Assembly (NCBI RefSeq): GCF_003704095.1
Contig: NW_020844152.1
Span: 248,001 to 312,000 of the forward strand
Direction of reading: 5' to 3'
From: Pocillopora damicornis
Lineage: Eukaryota
DNA length: 64,000 nt
Shown here piece after piece: positions 14,598 through 39,041 of this stretch (position 1 is its first letter; every line of letters begins with the position of its first letter). Position numbers and translations under genes: made by a program. The notes beneath the pieces are model-generated. The model was not told the origin of the DNA. It ran no database searches and saw only the letters and a list, made by a program, of their open reading frames with translations.

Positions 14598-17500
14598 AGG
14601 TTTCTATCCTCATTCAAGAGATTTAAGACTGGTTGTTACCAACTTGACTTGATGTGTGCCCTCTTGACTGGGAGACTAAGATTATTAAGACTGGTTATTT
14701 TATGCCGTTTATGAGTAAGAGAACATCACTGTGCGCAATAATTGCGCTCAAGATAACCCAGTTGTACTTCGTGGAGTATATTTCACAGACAATGTAATTA
14801 AATGTTATTTGGAGACAGAAGCTTAATTGTTTTAAGCAGCAATTAACAGAACATCACAGAAAATGTCAGAGATCACAATACTGTATTGTATTTATTGAAA
14901 TAATAAACCATCATCGCCTAATAGCTATTTTTGTTTTGCTTGTTTTATTGTAACAGTTGACATGACAAATTAAAAAGGGCATGAAAATGGTTCACAGTAG
15001 TATTAGACAAATCTGTTTATCGATGGATGCTTCTTAAAAGGCTGCGGAGTCGAGAAGCGCTTCTCTGTCAATATTACCATGGTGTCGAAGGTAAGCAAAA
15101 ATTCTGAATTTATCTAAACGTGGCTAGCCTTGTAAGAGATTGGCAAGTGATTATGAATCATGAAATTATTGTTTCTCTTCATTTTGGGCAATCTACAACC
15201 TCGTCTTTAATTTCACGCTAAAGTTTGTAATAATCATTCGGTTCTGACTCACTAAGGATCAATTAACTTAAGTACGGAATTTTGCGTGAGCCATGAATTT
15301 TTTTCAGAAACAGTTTCTTGCTTAATATATAAGCTTCTTGAAAAAGTTATTTTTTTGCCTTCTAACTCGACTTGGCTTCCCAACTTTCTTTCGAGATTAC
15401 GATCTTTATGACTAATGTACTTCTTTCGATTATTTGCTTAATACTCGAAGGTATTTGACTTCACGCAGTTCGCTTTCCGCCTTCTCTTTTCTCATATCCG
15501 GTCTCAGTAATCTCTATTCCTACTCAACTCCCTCCCCTGCTGAAGTTGAACAGGCACTCCCAGACATATTGAGCGGGTTCGCGGTTAAATTTCTTTACAT
15601 GATCCCGAGAAAAAAAAAACAAAAACAAAAAAAACCAATTATTTATCATTCGTCGTTAGTCAAACGACAAAAGCGAACTGTTAAATATCATTAACTTTGT
15701 GGCTGAGTCGATCAACAGATGCGATGAAGACCCATGACAATCTTCCCGGGTCATACCCACTGCTTGGTTTTGGTTTTACCACAAAACTGGTGGAAATTCC
15801 ATCACGAATCTCATATGCCGGAACAAGTTCCCTCCTTGTAAAATTTTGTCCATTACATCATATTTTACGCTAGTGTTTTACTAACCCAAAAAAGGACGAA
15901 AAATCTTCTTTGTGCTTGACAAATAATAACGGAAAACCTTGGTAAGAGATAAACATATAGTTATAAAAAGTGTGATAAACCCCGTGGTTACAATCGAAGG
16001 TGTTCTTATTTTCAAGATGGAATTTTAAGAAATTATGGAAATATAACCACCGAGAAATTATACAACTTAACTCTACGTGCGTACTTATACAAATCGGCGA
16101 TTGTAACGTAAATGAAAATTTCGTCATTTCGAGTAAAACCTTTTCTGTAATTACTGACAAATCGATTTCATTATAGACGCTTATAATCATTTTATTTCAA
16201 ATACTTTCTTTTAATCGTATGAAAATTTTAAAGAGATTAATAAAAAAAAAAAGTGTAAAAAATGAAGACAAAATTTTCATTTCTCTCTATGGCCCTAATG
16301 AAAATGGCGTCGTTTGGTAATGAAAATTTTTTACAGTTTTTTTTCTTCTCTTTTTTTTTATTTCAGAACTCTTCACTTAGTATATGTATCATGGACAAAG
16401 TAACAATGACTCATTCGAAACAGGAACTGGCCGGAACCAGACAGAGACAAAAATACGCTTTTCGAAAAATAACTTGGGATTGTTTTTTAAGCAGGCATAA
16501 AAAAGCAGAGACGTTGAACTAGTGTCAAGTAACTGTGATGAAAGCTTCCGTAAGTACTGAAATCAAACCAACGAAAATGATAGATTTCATTTCAACCATT
16601 GTGACGAAACTTGGTCACGAAATCGCATCGAAGTGTAATGTCGTTGAGATTTTGCCGAATGTGCTTAGTTTCCTTTGAAAACGAATTTAAAATTTGCGGA
16701 TCTCGGTAGTTAAGGTGACGTTAAAATGCAGAATGATCGAAACTGGTTTCGTGCAGAAAATCGTTCGTGTGAGTCATCTGTGACCAGGTGAAGTACAGAC
16801 GTGAGAGAAAGGATAATCTTGTAAACATTGCACTTGAAACTCAGCCAGACTGGGCTCCCTGCTGCAGCCTTCAGGAGAGTTACTCTGTTCATATCCGTTT
16901 GGTGATGATTACGAGACTTCATCGCTGTTAAATTGAAGATACACTGCCTCTTGCTTTAAATAATCTAATGATGGTAAGCTGAACACCACATGCTATGTTC
17001 GTCTCGTGAAGATACACTTACGGCGTTAAATCTATTCTAAGTAACATTTGGAAAGTACCATATTTGACCACTGATGAAAACCATGCTAATTTTAATTTGT
17101 ATTTCTCCAGAATGAAATTAGTGATTAGATAAGGGAGGAGACAAAATGGCGCGCACCACAAGTCTTCTGGAGTTTGTTTTATTAAGACTAAACAAATTAT
17201 CTGATTTGTGCAATATATCAGTTGGATTGCGGTAAATAAAGGGAACCCTCACAGTTTGGACGTCGTCAAGGACAACGAAAGTACGTGTTGTCAATCTTTC
17301 AGAATTTCTATTCCATTTCTCATAATAGAATTCATCCACTCTGTTGAACCCCTCCCTTCTGTCACACGAAACAGTGATGAGAAGGAAAGGAATGTCTTCA
17401 ATTGATTAGTAAATTCCCACCATAGACATGAAAGCAAAATTATGGGGATCAGTTTTGAGAATTGAAATACTGAGCTTTAACTGAAGAAAAGTGTTAAGCA

Positions 17501-17832
17501 GCTGCCACTCAAACAACTACTAATTTGCGTCAAAACGCACAGTTAGAGGTTGCACCCGTGATGTGGATGAAAGAAATGTCCTGTAATCCAATTTAGGTAA
17601 CTATAATTTGTTAATCGAATCAGTTAATGAATTCACGCAAGAACGCCGAGCAACACAAAGGGAAGAACCATCGATCACATATGAATTTTTCTACAGGAGT
17701 ATATTTTTCTTCCTAAATAAAAAAATAACAAAATATCTATGGCTATCACTTCACAATTTCAATGATCTGGTTTTGACACAATTCGCAAAAGATACTTCAA
17801 GTTCAGTTATGAACAAGTCGAAATCAGATTTG

Positions 17833-30713
<12,881 letters not shown>

Positions 30714-30784
30714 TTTAGAAAAAGTAATTAAAAAAACCCTCTAAGTACGAAATAAGTGCACAGTTGGCTGAAGAAACGACAAAA

Positions 30785-30792
30785 TTCCCGCC
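30785..30792. promoter_or_regulatory. E2F-like site upstream of RTEL1
   Basis: TTCCCGCC ~70 nt upstream of the ATG; CRE palindrome TGACGTCA at ~30877-30884. Confidence 0.4.
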
Positions 30793-31977
30793 ATCTTTGA
30801 CAAAGTTTTTCGAACAGCAGCCAAGCCTCCTGTCCTTGACTCCAGACGCCTGGGTAAGTAAAGGCGAAGAATCATGTGACGTCATTAAGGGTGTTCTTTC
30901 AGTGGACAGGATCGGATTGAGCATCACAACTTTTCCCACGTTAAAACAACCTTGCAAAGTAAGTTTTTGCTGCACTATCAGACAATAAGTCTTTTATAAA
31001 TGAATGCATGTTACGGTTAAACATGGAGCCTGAACAATTTAAGGACATCAGTGACAAACTCGGTTGCACTTCGTGCGCCTCTTATGGTTCTTGCCACATT
31101 TAATTTTATGAGTGCTTGACGGTTCCAAGAGCGACTGCAAAGGAGGCTATGAAATGCACAGCGACACAGAGTCTACTTGTTAAATTTTTTTAATTCAACC
31201 CTGCAGGAACAGGGAATATTGGTCATCATAATCATCCTAAACGACTGAGAACCAGTCTCTTTGGAGCAAGGTCAAGTCGTGCGTGTAAATGACCTTCTTC
31301 AGGGATTTACTTTTGTCAACCTGCGCTTCTTACTTCACCCTCAAAGTGAGCCTCGGGTCTCTGACAAAAAAGTAAATGAATAAGAAAAATGACTTTACCT
31401 CTCTTGGATCATGAGCACATACCATAGTTTACTTCTTTTTACTACTGCTGTAGCTTTTTAATTGCAAGGTAGTTTAGGTTTAATAGGAATTATCACATTC
31501 AGCAAAAACTAGAGATATGGTGCTGCCTAACGTTGGATGGATGTGAACTTCTCTGTTTCCAAAAGATATTTCTGAGATAGGTGTAAAACAACAGTTCAGC
31601 ATCGTTACTGATGATACTCAGTGCATTTCTTTTAGTCTACATGGTTACTATCTAGATTCATTGTCCTTTTAAGTTCCTTAGGTCACTCCCTCTCAGAGAA
31701 AGACTTCTTTAATTGAATGGAAATCCATACGAGATAATCAGCAAACAGTGATACACAGAAGGAGTAGAGTATCATTTTCTCTAAGGTCACTGTCCAAAGT
31801 GAGAATGAAATAAAAGCCACAATAGAGCAAAAGGAACATCTGTGAAAAAGCTATACAACTCCTCCTTACTAGCCTCCTACTTTCAGAGGCATGCAACCAG
31901 TTATATGTTTTCTTGTTTGATAAATATACTTCTATGGAGAACTTTTCAGTGAAAAGGAGAGTATTATTTATGATTTC

Positions 31978-32278
31978 TAATAGGATACATGAAAAAAGTA
32001 CTCAGTTCTGATTGGTTAAGATAAATGCAGTAATCAGGTAATTCAATGCAGAAGAGGTTTAATGCACTTGATGCATGCGTTTTGCATCTGCATAATTATG
32101 ATAAGCTATCTTGTATTTTTTCATGTATATTATTATGTAATCGCATGATTTTGAGCATAATTTGGAAGAAATAAGCACAAGTAAAGTTTTTCAAAGACCA
32201 CAAGTTAGTTTGTTAGTATTCGTGAAAATTTACTCATGCTTATTTATTCCAAATTGCACTCAAAATCATGTGATTACC
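31978..32278. mobile_element. Two abutting palindromic MITEs
   Basis: 31978-32135 TIR taataggatacatgaaaaaa / ttttttcatgtatattatta; 32137-32278 TIR gtaatcgcatgatttt...aatttggaa / ttccaaattgcactcaaaatcatgtgattac. Confidence 0.75.
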
Positions 32279-32719
32279 AATGTAAATGGGTTAGGCAATA
32301 TTTTGTCAATATTATGAGTTCAAGAAACAATTCTTTCTTAGCAAAATCATGTTTGAATAACCAAAAATCTCTCAATTTTGAAAGATCAACCAGCTCTTGC
32401 AAGAGACCGCCAAAGAATGTCTCAATAGTTTACACCCAATTTGTGGAGAAATGTTCAAAATTTATTCGCAAACTAATTTACTTTAATTGTAACATTTGAA
32501 TCCTTGGATGGAAATCCTTATTGATAAACACAACAATATACAATAATATTTAAAGTTTGTTTTCATTAACTATTATCATTAAGTTTAAAGCGAAGTATCA
32601 AATTTAACAAGACAACATGAAAAACTTTTGAAAACTACAGCCTTGTAACCATGTTTTCAGGGAAGGATATTAGATAGGGTTTGTGCGACAGGTGATGGTC
32701 ATGACTCAATCTCTGTTTA

Positions 32720-34212
32720 TTAACCCTGAGCTTTCTCAGCTCTCTGTGTCTTAACTTGGTGGTAAACCTCCTCTACATGCTTGTCATGTGCCTCCAATCT
32801 TTCTTGTAAAGCTCTGAGCAGTGCATTGCGTTTCTCCTCTGATTGTTCCAGTTTCTGCTGTAACTTCTGTTTGCAAACTTTGCTTTGTTCCTGAACAAGA
32901 GCATCTACAAGTTGCCGTGCTTGCTCAATCTTCTGAGACTTAAACTGCAGTCTCTCCTGCAGTGAGCGGATCAAAGCTTCTCGCTTCTCTGTAGTTGTTT
33001 CCATCTTCTGCTGCAAGTTAACCTCAGCTATTTTGGATTGCTTCTCAATACTCTCTTGTAAAGAAGCCAACACTTCTTGAATGCGCTTTTCATGAGCTTG
33101 CCAACGTTCCATCTGAGCTTTGCGGTGTAACTCAAGGTTTTCCTTGCTTACAGCTTCTTTTTGTTGAATCTTCTCTTCTGCTTTTTTAGAAAATGATGCA
33201 ATGATCTCTCGCAGGTTTGCTTGCACTTCTTTGATGTGTTGTTCTTTTGCGTGAAGGCGGCTGTACAACGCCTTAATCTGGGCTTCCTTGTTTTCAGAAT
33301 GTGTACACATCTTTTGTTTGAGCTTTTCTTCTGCCATTCTACTTTTCTCTGCAACTGTCAACAGTTTATTCTGCTGAACTTGAACAACGTGTTCACTTCT
33401 GCTAGCAGCTTTGGCCAAAACTTCACCTTCAATACTCTGTTGTAGAGATGAGATAAACAGATGCTGAATGTGGCTTTTAAGTTGCCTCACAACCTTCTAT
33501 TACATGCAAAATCATTTGAGTTCTTTAAATTTTTTTGGCAGATAAAAAGAGGGCCCTTTTATCACTTAGTCCTTTGATCTCCTCTGAGGTGCCAGGGATG
33601 AAAGACATAACTTAATTTGGTTGTAGGAGCTAAGCAGCACATAAATAACTACAGATGAACCTAAATTAATTAAAGAGTGATGTAATCTTGTTAAAATCCG
33701 AAAAAAAAAAAACACTTCAACCCGTCGTTCAACCCTTCAGTGTTGTAAATATGTTAGAAATATGTCCCTTTTATTTAAAAATTTTCAATGTTTGCCAACT
33801 GATCATGAACAATTCCGGTGAGAGCAGATGGATGAAAGCTGAAATAAGCGTATTACTTTAATTTCTACTGGTACCTGGGTTTTTTTCCTCTAAAATAGGT
33901 AATCTTAAGGAACTCTAACCTTTCTTCGTTTTTCGGCTGCTAGCTGCTTTTCTACCAGCAGCTGTATGTTAAAACTTTCTTTTCCTTTCAATGGAGTTAA
34001 TCGCGGCTTCCTTGCATTCTCCACTTTGGGACTCAACATGACTTCGAAAGCTACGCTGGTCCCAGTACAATTGCCTGCTTGTTCGCAGAATAACATAAAT
34101 GAATTAAGAGTATGGAACAGAACATAAAGCCCACCGATAACCGATTACAACATTCTTCCACATTTAAAGATCTTAGAAACTCTGGCTCACCTTGAGATAC
34201 TACAGACGCCAT
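32720..34212 (-). CDS. Stathmin-family protein with five tubulin-binding repeats (~297 aa)
   Basis: Exons 34212-34191, 34074-33920, 33436-32720; stathmin head TSVAFEVMLSP, Pro/basic linker, LAAEKRRK/SIEGEVL, MAEEKLKQKM...ENKEAQ...HIKEV, continuing with 51-aa periodicity. Confidence 0.9.
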
Positions 34213-34915
34213 TTCACAGATTCAAATTGAACTGGCGGTAACTTTTTTAAATGTGATGCTATTACTTCAAGTAAAACTGCGCTTCTTCAACACGATAACA
34301 AAAAACAGAGTCTTTCCAGTAAACGAACAACAGCTAGCTTCTAGTTCCTCAAGTCTCATAAATGGCACAACCAACGTACGATCCAACTGACAAATGTAAA
34401 GGGCCTGGTCGCGTGTTTCAAATTCCTCCCATTTTCACGTGATTTTGTAGTAGTGATTTGATTGGCCAAAATGTCTTTCGCAAAGCGCGAAACTACACCT
34501 GTGTGACTGTGTGGTCTGTAAGTAGAATGGACTGCCTCTTTCTGCTTACATATGGTTATTGTCTTGAAACAATTTATTTTTTTGTTTGGCTTTGTGTTTT
34601 GTTGTTGTTGTTCCCTTTATTTATTTATAATTCTGTTGACAGAAAAGAATTAAGATTATATATGCACGTTCTGATGAGTCAACTACTTGTATTTTTTTGG
34701 ATTGGTAAAGCCACGGAAAACTTGAACCTTGTTACACTTTGACAAGTCTTATAACCTAGCATTTAATAACTGGCCTCAAGGGAAACAGCGAGTTTTGTTT
34801 CCCCGAAACCTTTAGTGCCCTTCTCCTCCAATCGGTAAAAGTCCTTTAATTGGGTTGGGAGGTATGACAATAAATATTGTTTGTTTTATTTATAGCTTGA
34901 ATAGAAACACGGAAT

Positions 34916-36606
34916 ATGGCAGCTGGGTTGCGATTTCTTCCTAAGCCTTGGCGCTTCCTTCATCAGTTGAACACTGAATTCAGCCGCCTTCCGAGAACTG
35001 CTATCCCAGCATGCAGGCTGAGTAGTACAACCTCTAAAACTCTCCTAGGTGAAGAAGCCCAAGCCGAAAATTGGCGACGCCGAGTTGATCTAGCAGCTTC
35101 TTATCGCATCTTAGAGAAGTACAACTTACATGAAGGGGTGTGTAATCATTTGAGTATGATGGCTCCTGCGGCAAATGGAGACGGTGAGGTGATGTTAGTC
35201 ATTCCATATGGACTGCACTGGAGCGAGGTATCTAATCTTTTACTATCCTTTATGAATGAAGAATCTTCTTCATTGCACTCCTGCTTTTGGCATACTGTTC
35301 TGAAGGAGATATACGATACACGCATACCAGGAGTGCCCCTATAATAAAATTTAGAAGCACATTCTGTGTTCAGACGAGTTTAAGGCAAAGGCAAAATCGG
35401 CCTGGGAGATTGAGATATTTCGGGATCGGCTTGGTGCCACGCTAATTGTGACAATGGTATTTTTTATTCTGATTCATAGTTGTTTGTTTTAAAGGTTAAA
35501 GCCTCTTCATTTGTTGGCTTAAATGTCAAGCGTGAAGTGGTCGAGGGAGAAGGTGAAGCAGACATAGCTGCCTCTACAATTCACATGGGAGTTCATAGAG
35601 CTCGACCAGATGCTGTTTGTGCCTTCCACGTACATCCACCATACTGCACGGCTTTAGGTATCTTTCCAAATTGTCATCGATTTTTCTTAATATCGTTGGG
35701 ACGAGGATTCCCCCGCGTAGTCGAAATTTTGCTTGATCGTATTTTAATCGTTTTAGCCGATGATTTTTGTTTCTTTTTAGGAACCTTAAAAAATCCCGAG
35801 CTTGGAATGCACAGTCAAAACGCCTGTATGTTTTACAACCAAATTGCTTACGATCGAGTGTACAGTGGGCCAAGTGTAGATGAGGAAGAGGGCATGCGCA
35901 CAGCAAAACAGCTTGGGGACAAGTCGGTACTGTTTATGTGTAATCACGGGGTACTAGTGGTGGCTCCTAATGCTGCAAGAGCTATGGATCATACTTATTA
36001 TCTAGAGCGTGCCTGCATGAACCAGGTTAGATTTGCCGAATTATTATGAATTATTCCTGCTATTACAAAAGTAGGGATCCATGATTTATTCTCTCGCTGG
36101 CACCATATGTGCAAGGACATGAGGACTATACAGGTGATGAATTCCCAAGTATTATCATTTGAATCAGTCTGCCTATTCACAGTGCGAGGTCCGAGACAAT
36201 AGCGTTCTAATTATTTAATGAACTAAAATCTATGACAACAAGCTATGATTAATTAAACTTCGGAAGTCACCCCTAAGTAAGGGAACTTTTAGCAACATAG
36301 AGTAAGAAATTTTGTAGGTGAGCACAACGCATTCGTTGGGTGACGGCCTCATCAAATTTGTGCGCACCAAGCTAAAGTAAAAGGAACCTTTCCGAGAGAT
36401 TGATGGAAACTTTAACAAGAGTTTCTTTCTTTCCTTAGGTCCTGGCAATGTCGACTGGACAAGAATTGTTTGAAATACCGGACGAAGTAGCCAAGTTTGC
36501 ATATGAACAAATTGACGGACCAGGAATAAGACAAAAATATTGCGATGCTCATTTTGAAGGCATGAAAAGAATTCTCTCCAAGGAGTGTCCCGACTTCATG
36601 GAATAA
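34916..36606 (+). CDS. Class II aldolase/adducin-family metalloenzyme with predicted mitochondrial presequence (295 aa)
   Basis: Exons 34916-35227, 35495-35657, 35781-36025, 36439-36606; RVDLAASYR...HEGVCNHLS...PYGLHWSEVKASS...IH...HRARPDAVCAFHVHPPY...NHGVLV...YYLERAC..QVLAMSTG; metal ligands HxH and NHG present. Confidence 0.92.
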
Positions 36607-37205
36607 GCAGTCATGGGCCATGAAGTTCATCTCCCTTATGGGAGAAATTGACTTGGTTGGCTTTTTTTTTTTCATAAACTATCAGTGACTGTTTGCAGTA
36701 TCTTACAAAAACTTAGCCAGAGTGTTGAACGGTTTTCCTCATGTAGTAAACTTCAAAACGATCCTGTTTTGTCGTTGTTGTTTGAGGTTTTGTGTTTTTA
36801 CTTCGACATATATTCACATAAAGTATTGAATTGCTCAACAAACGTACAGCTAAAACAGCGTATCAGCTAAATGTGTATACCTTTTTTTCCAGTGATGGTC
36901 CGAGAACTTCTACATTTTGCCCTGAAAATAGCGCAGATTATACTTTAGTAGAGCTTTTTTGTATTGATGGAAGAGAATGTGAATCTAATGTCGGGTTATA
37001 GATAAGACATCAAATAACTTAGAAGTTGCAAATAAAAGATATTTTGTTGTACCTGGCGAGCTTAATAGCCCACACTTTCGAAGCTTTACCATGACGCGGC
37101 TAGCGAGCTGTTTCTGCTTTTAACCCCAAGATGAGTTGAAAAAAGATTGAACAATTGAAAGAAAAAGAATTCATACATATATATTTTTATATATACATAA
37201 CAGGC

Positions 37206-37307
37206 TAGCCTACGTGTAGCCGTACCCTTCCCCCGCCAAGGTGAAACGGTGGCGAGGCATCGCTACCGTTTCACTTTTGGGGGGAGGGTATGGCTACACG
37301 TAGGCTA
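37206..37307. mobile_element. ~100-bp near-perfect hairpin MITE with TA ends
   Basis: tagcctacgtgtagccgtaccct...gtgaaacggtggcga / tcgctaccgtttcac...agggtatggctacacgtaggcta. Confidence 0.85.
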
Positions 37308-38880
37308 ATAAAAGGCGCACTAAGAAGGAGGAAAACGCGTCTCCTTCCTTCCTCCTGCAGAAGATCCCAAGCTCTTCGCACTCGTAACTGGTCCTTCGCG
37401 AAGTTACTCGCGTTTTGCGCTTATGTACCAGACAGGAAAGCAGCTAATTGGTACTGTGGGCGCCTCAACTCAAGGTAGTCTAACCACCGGAGCCCAGATG
37501 ATCGGCGGGTTCGTAACCGGTAATAATACAGTATACTTTTAAATATTGATAGACAAATTTTGGTACCTTCGCTAAATTTCTCGAGTCCCAAGTACTGATG
37601 ATATAAATAAGATAAGTACTCTTTAGCAAAGCGGTATCAAGATTATTCACTCACAAAGGAAGAACGCATTGAAAGAAGTTAGTGACTGAATTTTCATTCG
37701 TTCTTTCACATTTCACTGAATTAAAGATGGTCAAATCAGATGGTAGAACGAAGTCAGCAACTGGTATTTGCTGAATAACACATCACTATTGACTGGTATG
37801 GTGCATAAGATATTAACCATGACAGTTCCATTTTCCACTTGCTGTTTTTTTCATGAACTTAAGTAACTGAGATTCTTTTATGTCACACAAGTTAGCTGTG
37901 AATGTTTCTTGTTAGAGGATCTTATACGTGTCCCGTGACTTGTGGAAAAATTCAATTTAAAGGTACCCGTGGTGGCCTTTTCTATATATTCATTAAGATA
38001 ACTGAGGCAGATATAGAGTTGTTCATAGCTCATAACATATTTGCACAAAAGTTTTTTGGTTAAGTTCAATTTAGCCGCCGAACTCGGCGATCTTTTTACC
38101 ATGTAATAAACAAAGAAGTATTATCCGTAGCAGGAATCTTCTGCTCAGGGAGGAACATTTTCCCGAATTGAAAATAAATTCAATTAGTAACAACATTGAG
38201 TAGGAGGTCTATGACGTCATAAACTGAGAGTAGAATTCTCGCTATTGGAGTACTTCAGTTGCGTAGATTTAGATGCTTACCACAAAAAGTTCACGAACAC
38301 ATTTTAGGGAGAGTCAGAGAGATGAAAGCTTGATCATGCCTTCTATGCACGTGAACGACATAGAGCTTTAATGATCGCCATGCTGACATGTGATCACCCC
38401 GTGTAAAGCTATTCACTAAACGGTCATTCTACACGAGGATCGTGTTCTAAAATTGAACACAGAAAGAAACCTAATGGTTCCTTTTTGTTGCTCTGAAATG
38501 GAATTCTGCAACTAAAACATGAATCAAGATTTGGTACGCCTTATTGCAGCTGATATCACAAAATACATAATTTAAAAATGTTTTGGTTTTGCTCTATTGA
38601 ACACTTCTGATAACCTTTAGATCGATCAATATTCTCAATTTTGTGATGTCGGGTTTGTCACGGGCTGGTAAGCTGAAGTGAATCTACGCATTTTCCGTAA
38701 AAACTGCGTCATCACCCTAAAAGGATACCTCTAATTAAATGTCTTACTCGGCATTCTACGCGTTATTCACACGGGAAATATTGGGGCACACAGGATGGCT
38801 GACAGTCCTGCGATGTACAAATTACATAACGATGAAATGAGTCCAAAATAGATGACATGACATCAGTACGGTCTCCAATG

Positions 38881-38894
38881 GGTGCCATAGCAAC
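38881..38894. promoter_or_regulatory. RFX X-box upstream of MAPK15
   Basis: GGTGCCATAGCAAC vs consensus GTTGCCATGGCAAC, ~150 nt upstream of ATG; CCAAT at 38921. Confidence 0.65.
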
Positions 38895-39041
38895 TATTTA
38901 TCGTAAACCATTTACGAAAACCAATCAGAACAAAGAATCGATTGAGTTCTGTTTTAAACCACAATGCAAGCTTGGTATTGTTTCATAGTTGAGCGAAATT
39001 CATCGTGGGTCCCTCTGTTCTCCGTGACGAAGTTTTGAATC

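Noticed and set aside
15715-15760. Hammerhead-like gatgaagaccc...gggtc
   Set aside because: Lacks both CTGA and GAAA core elements
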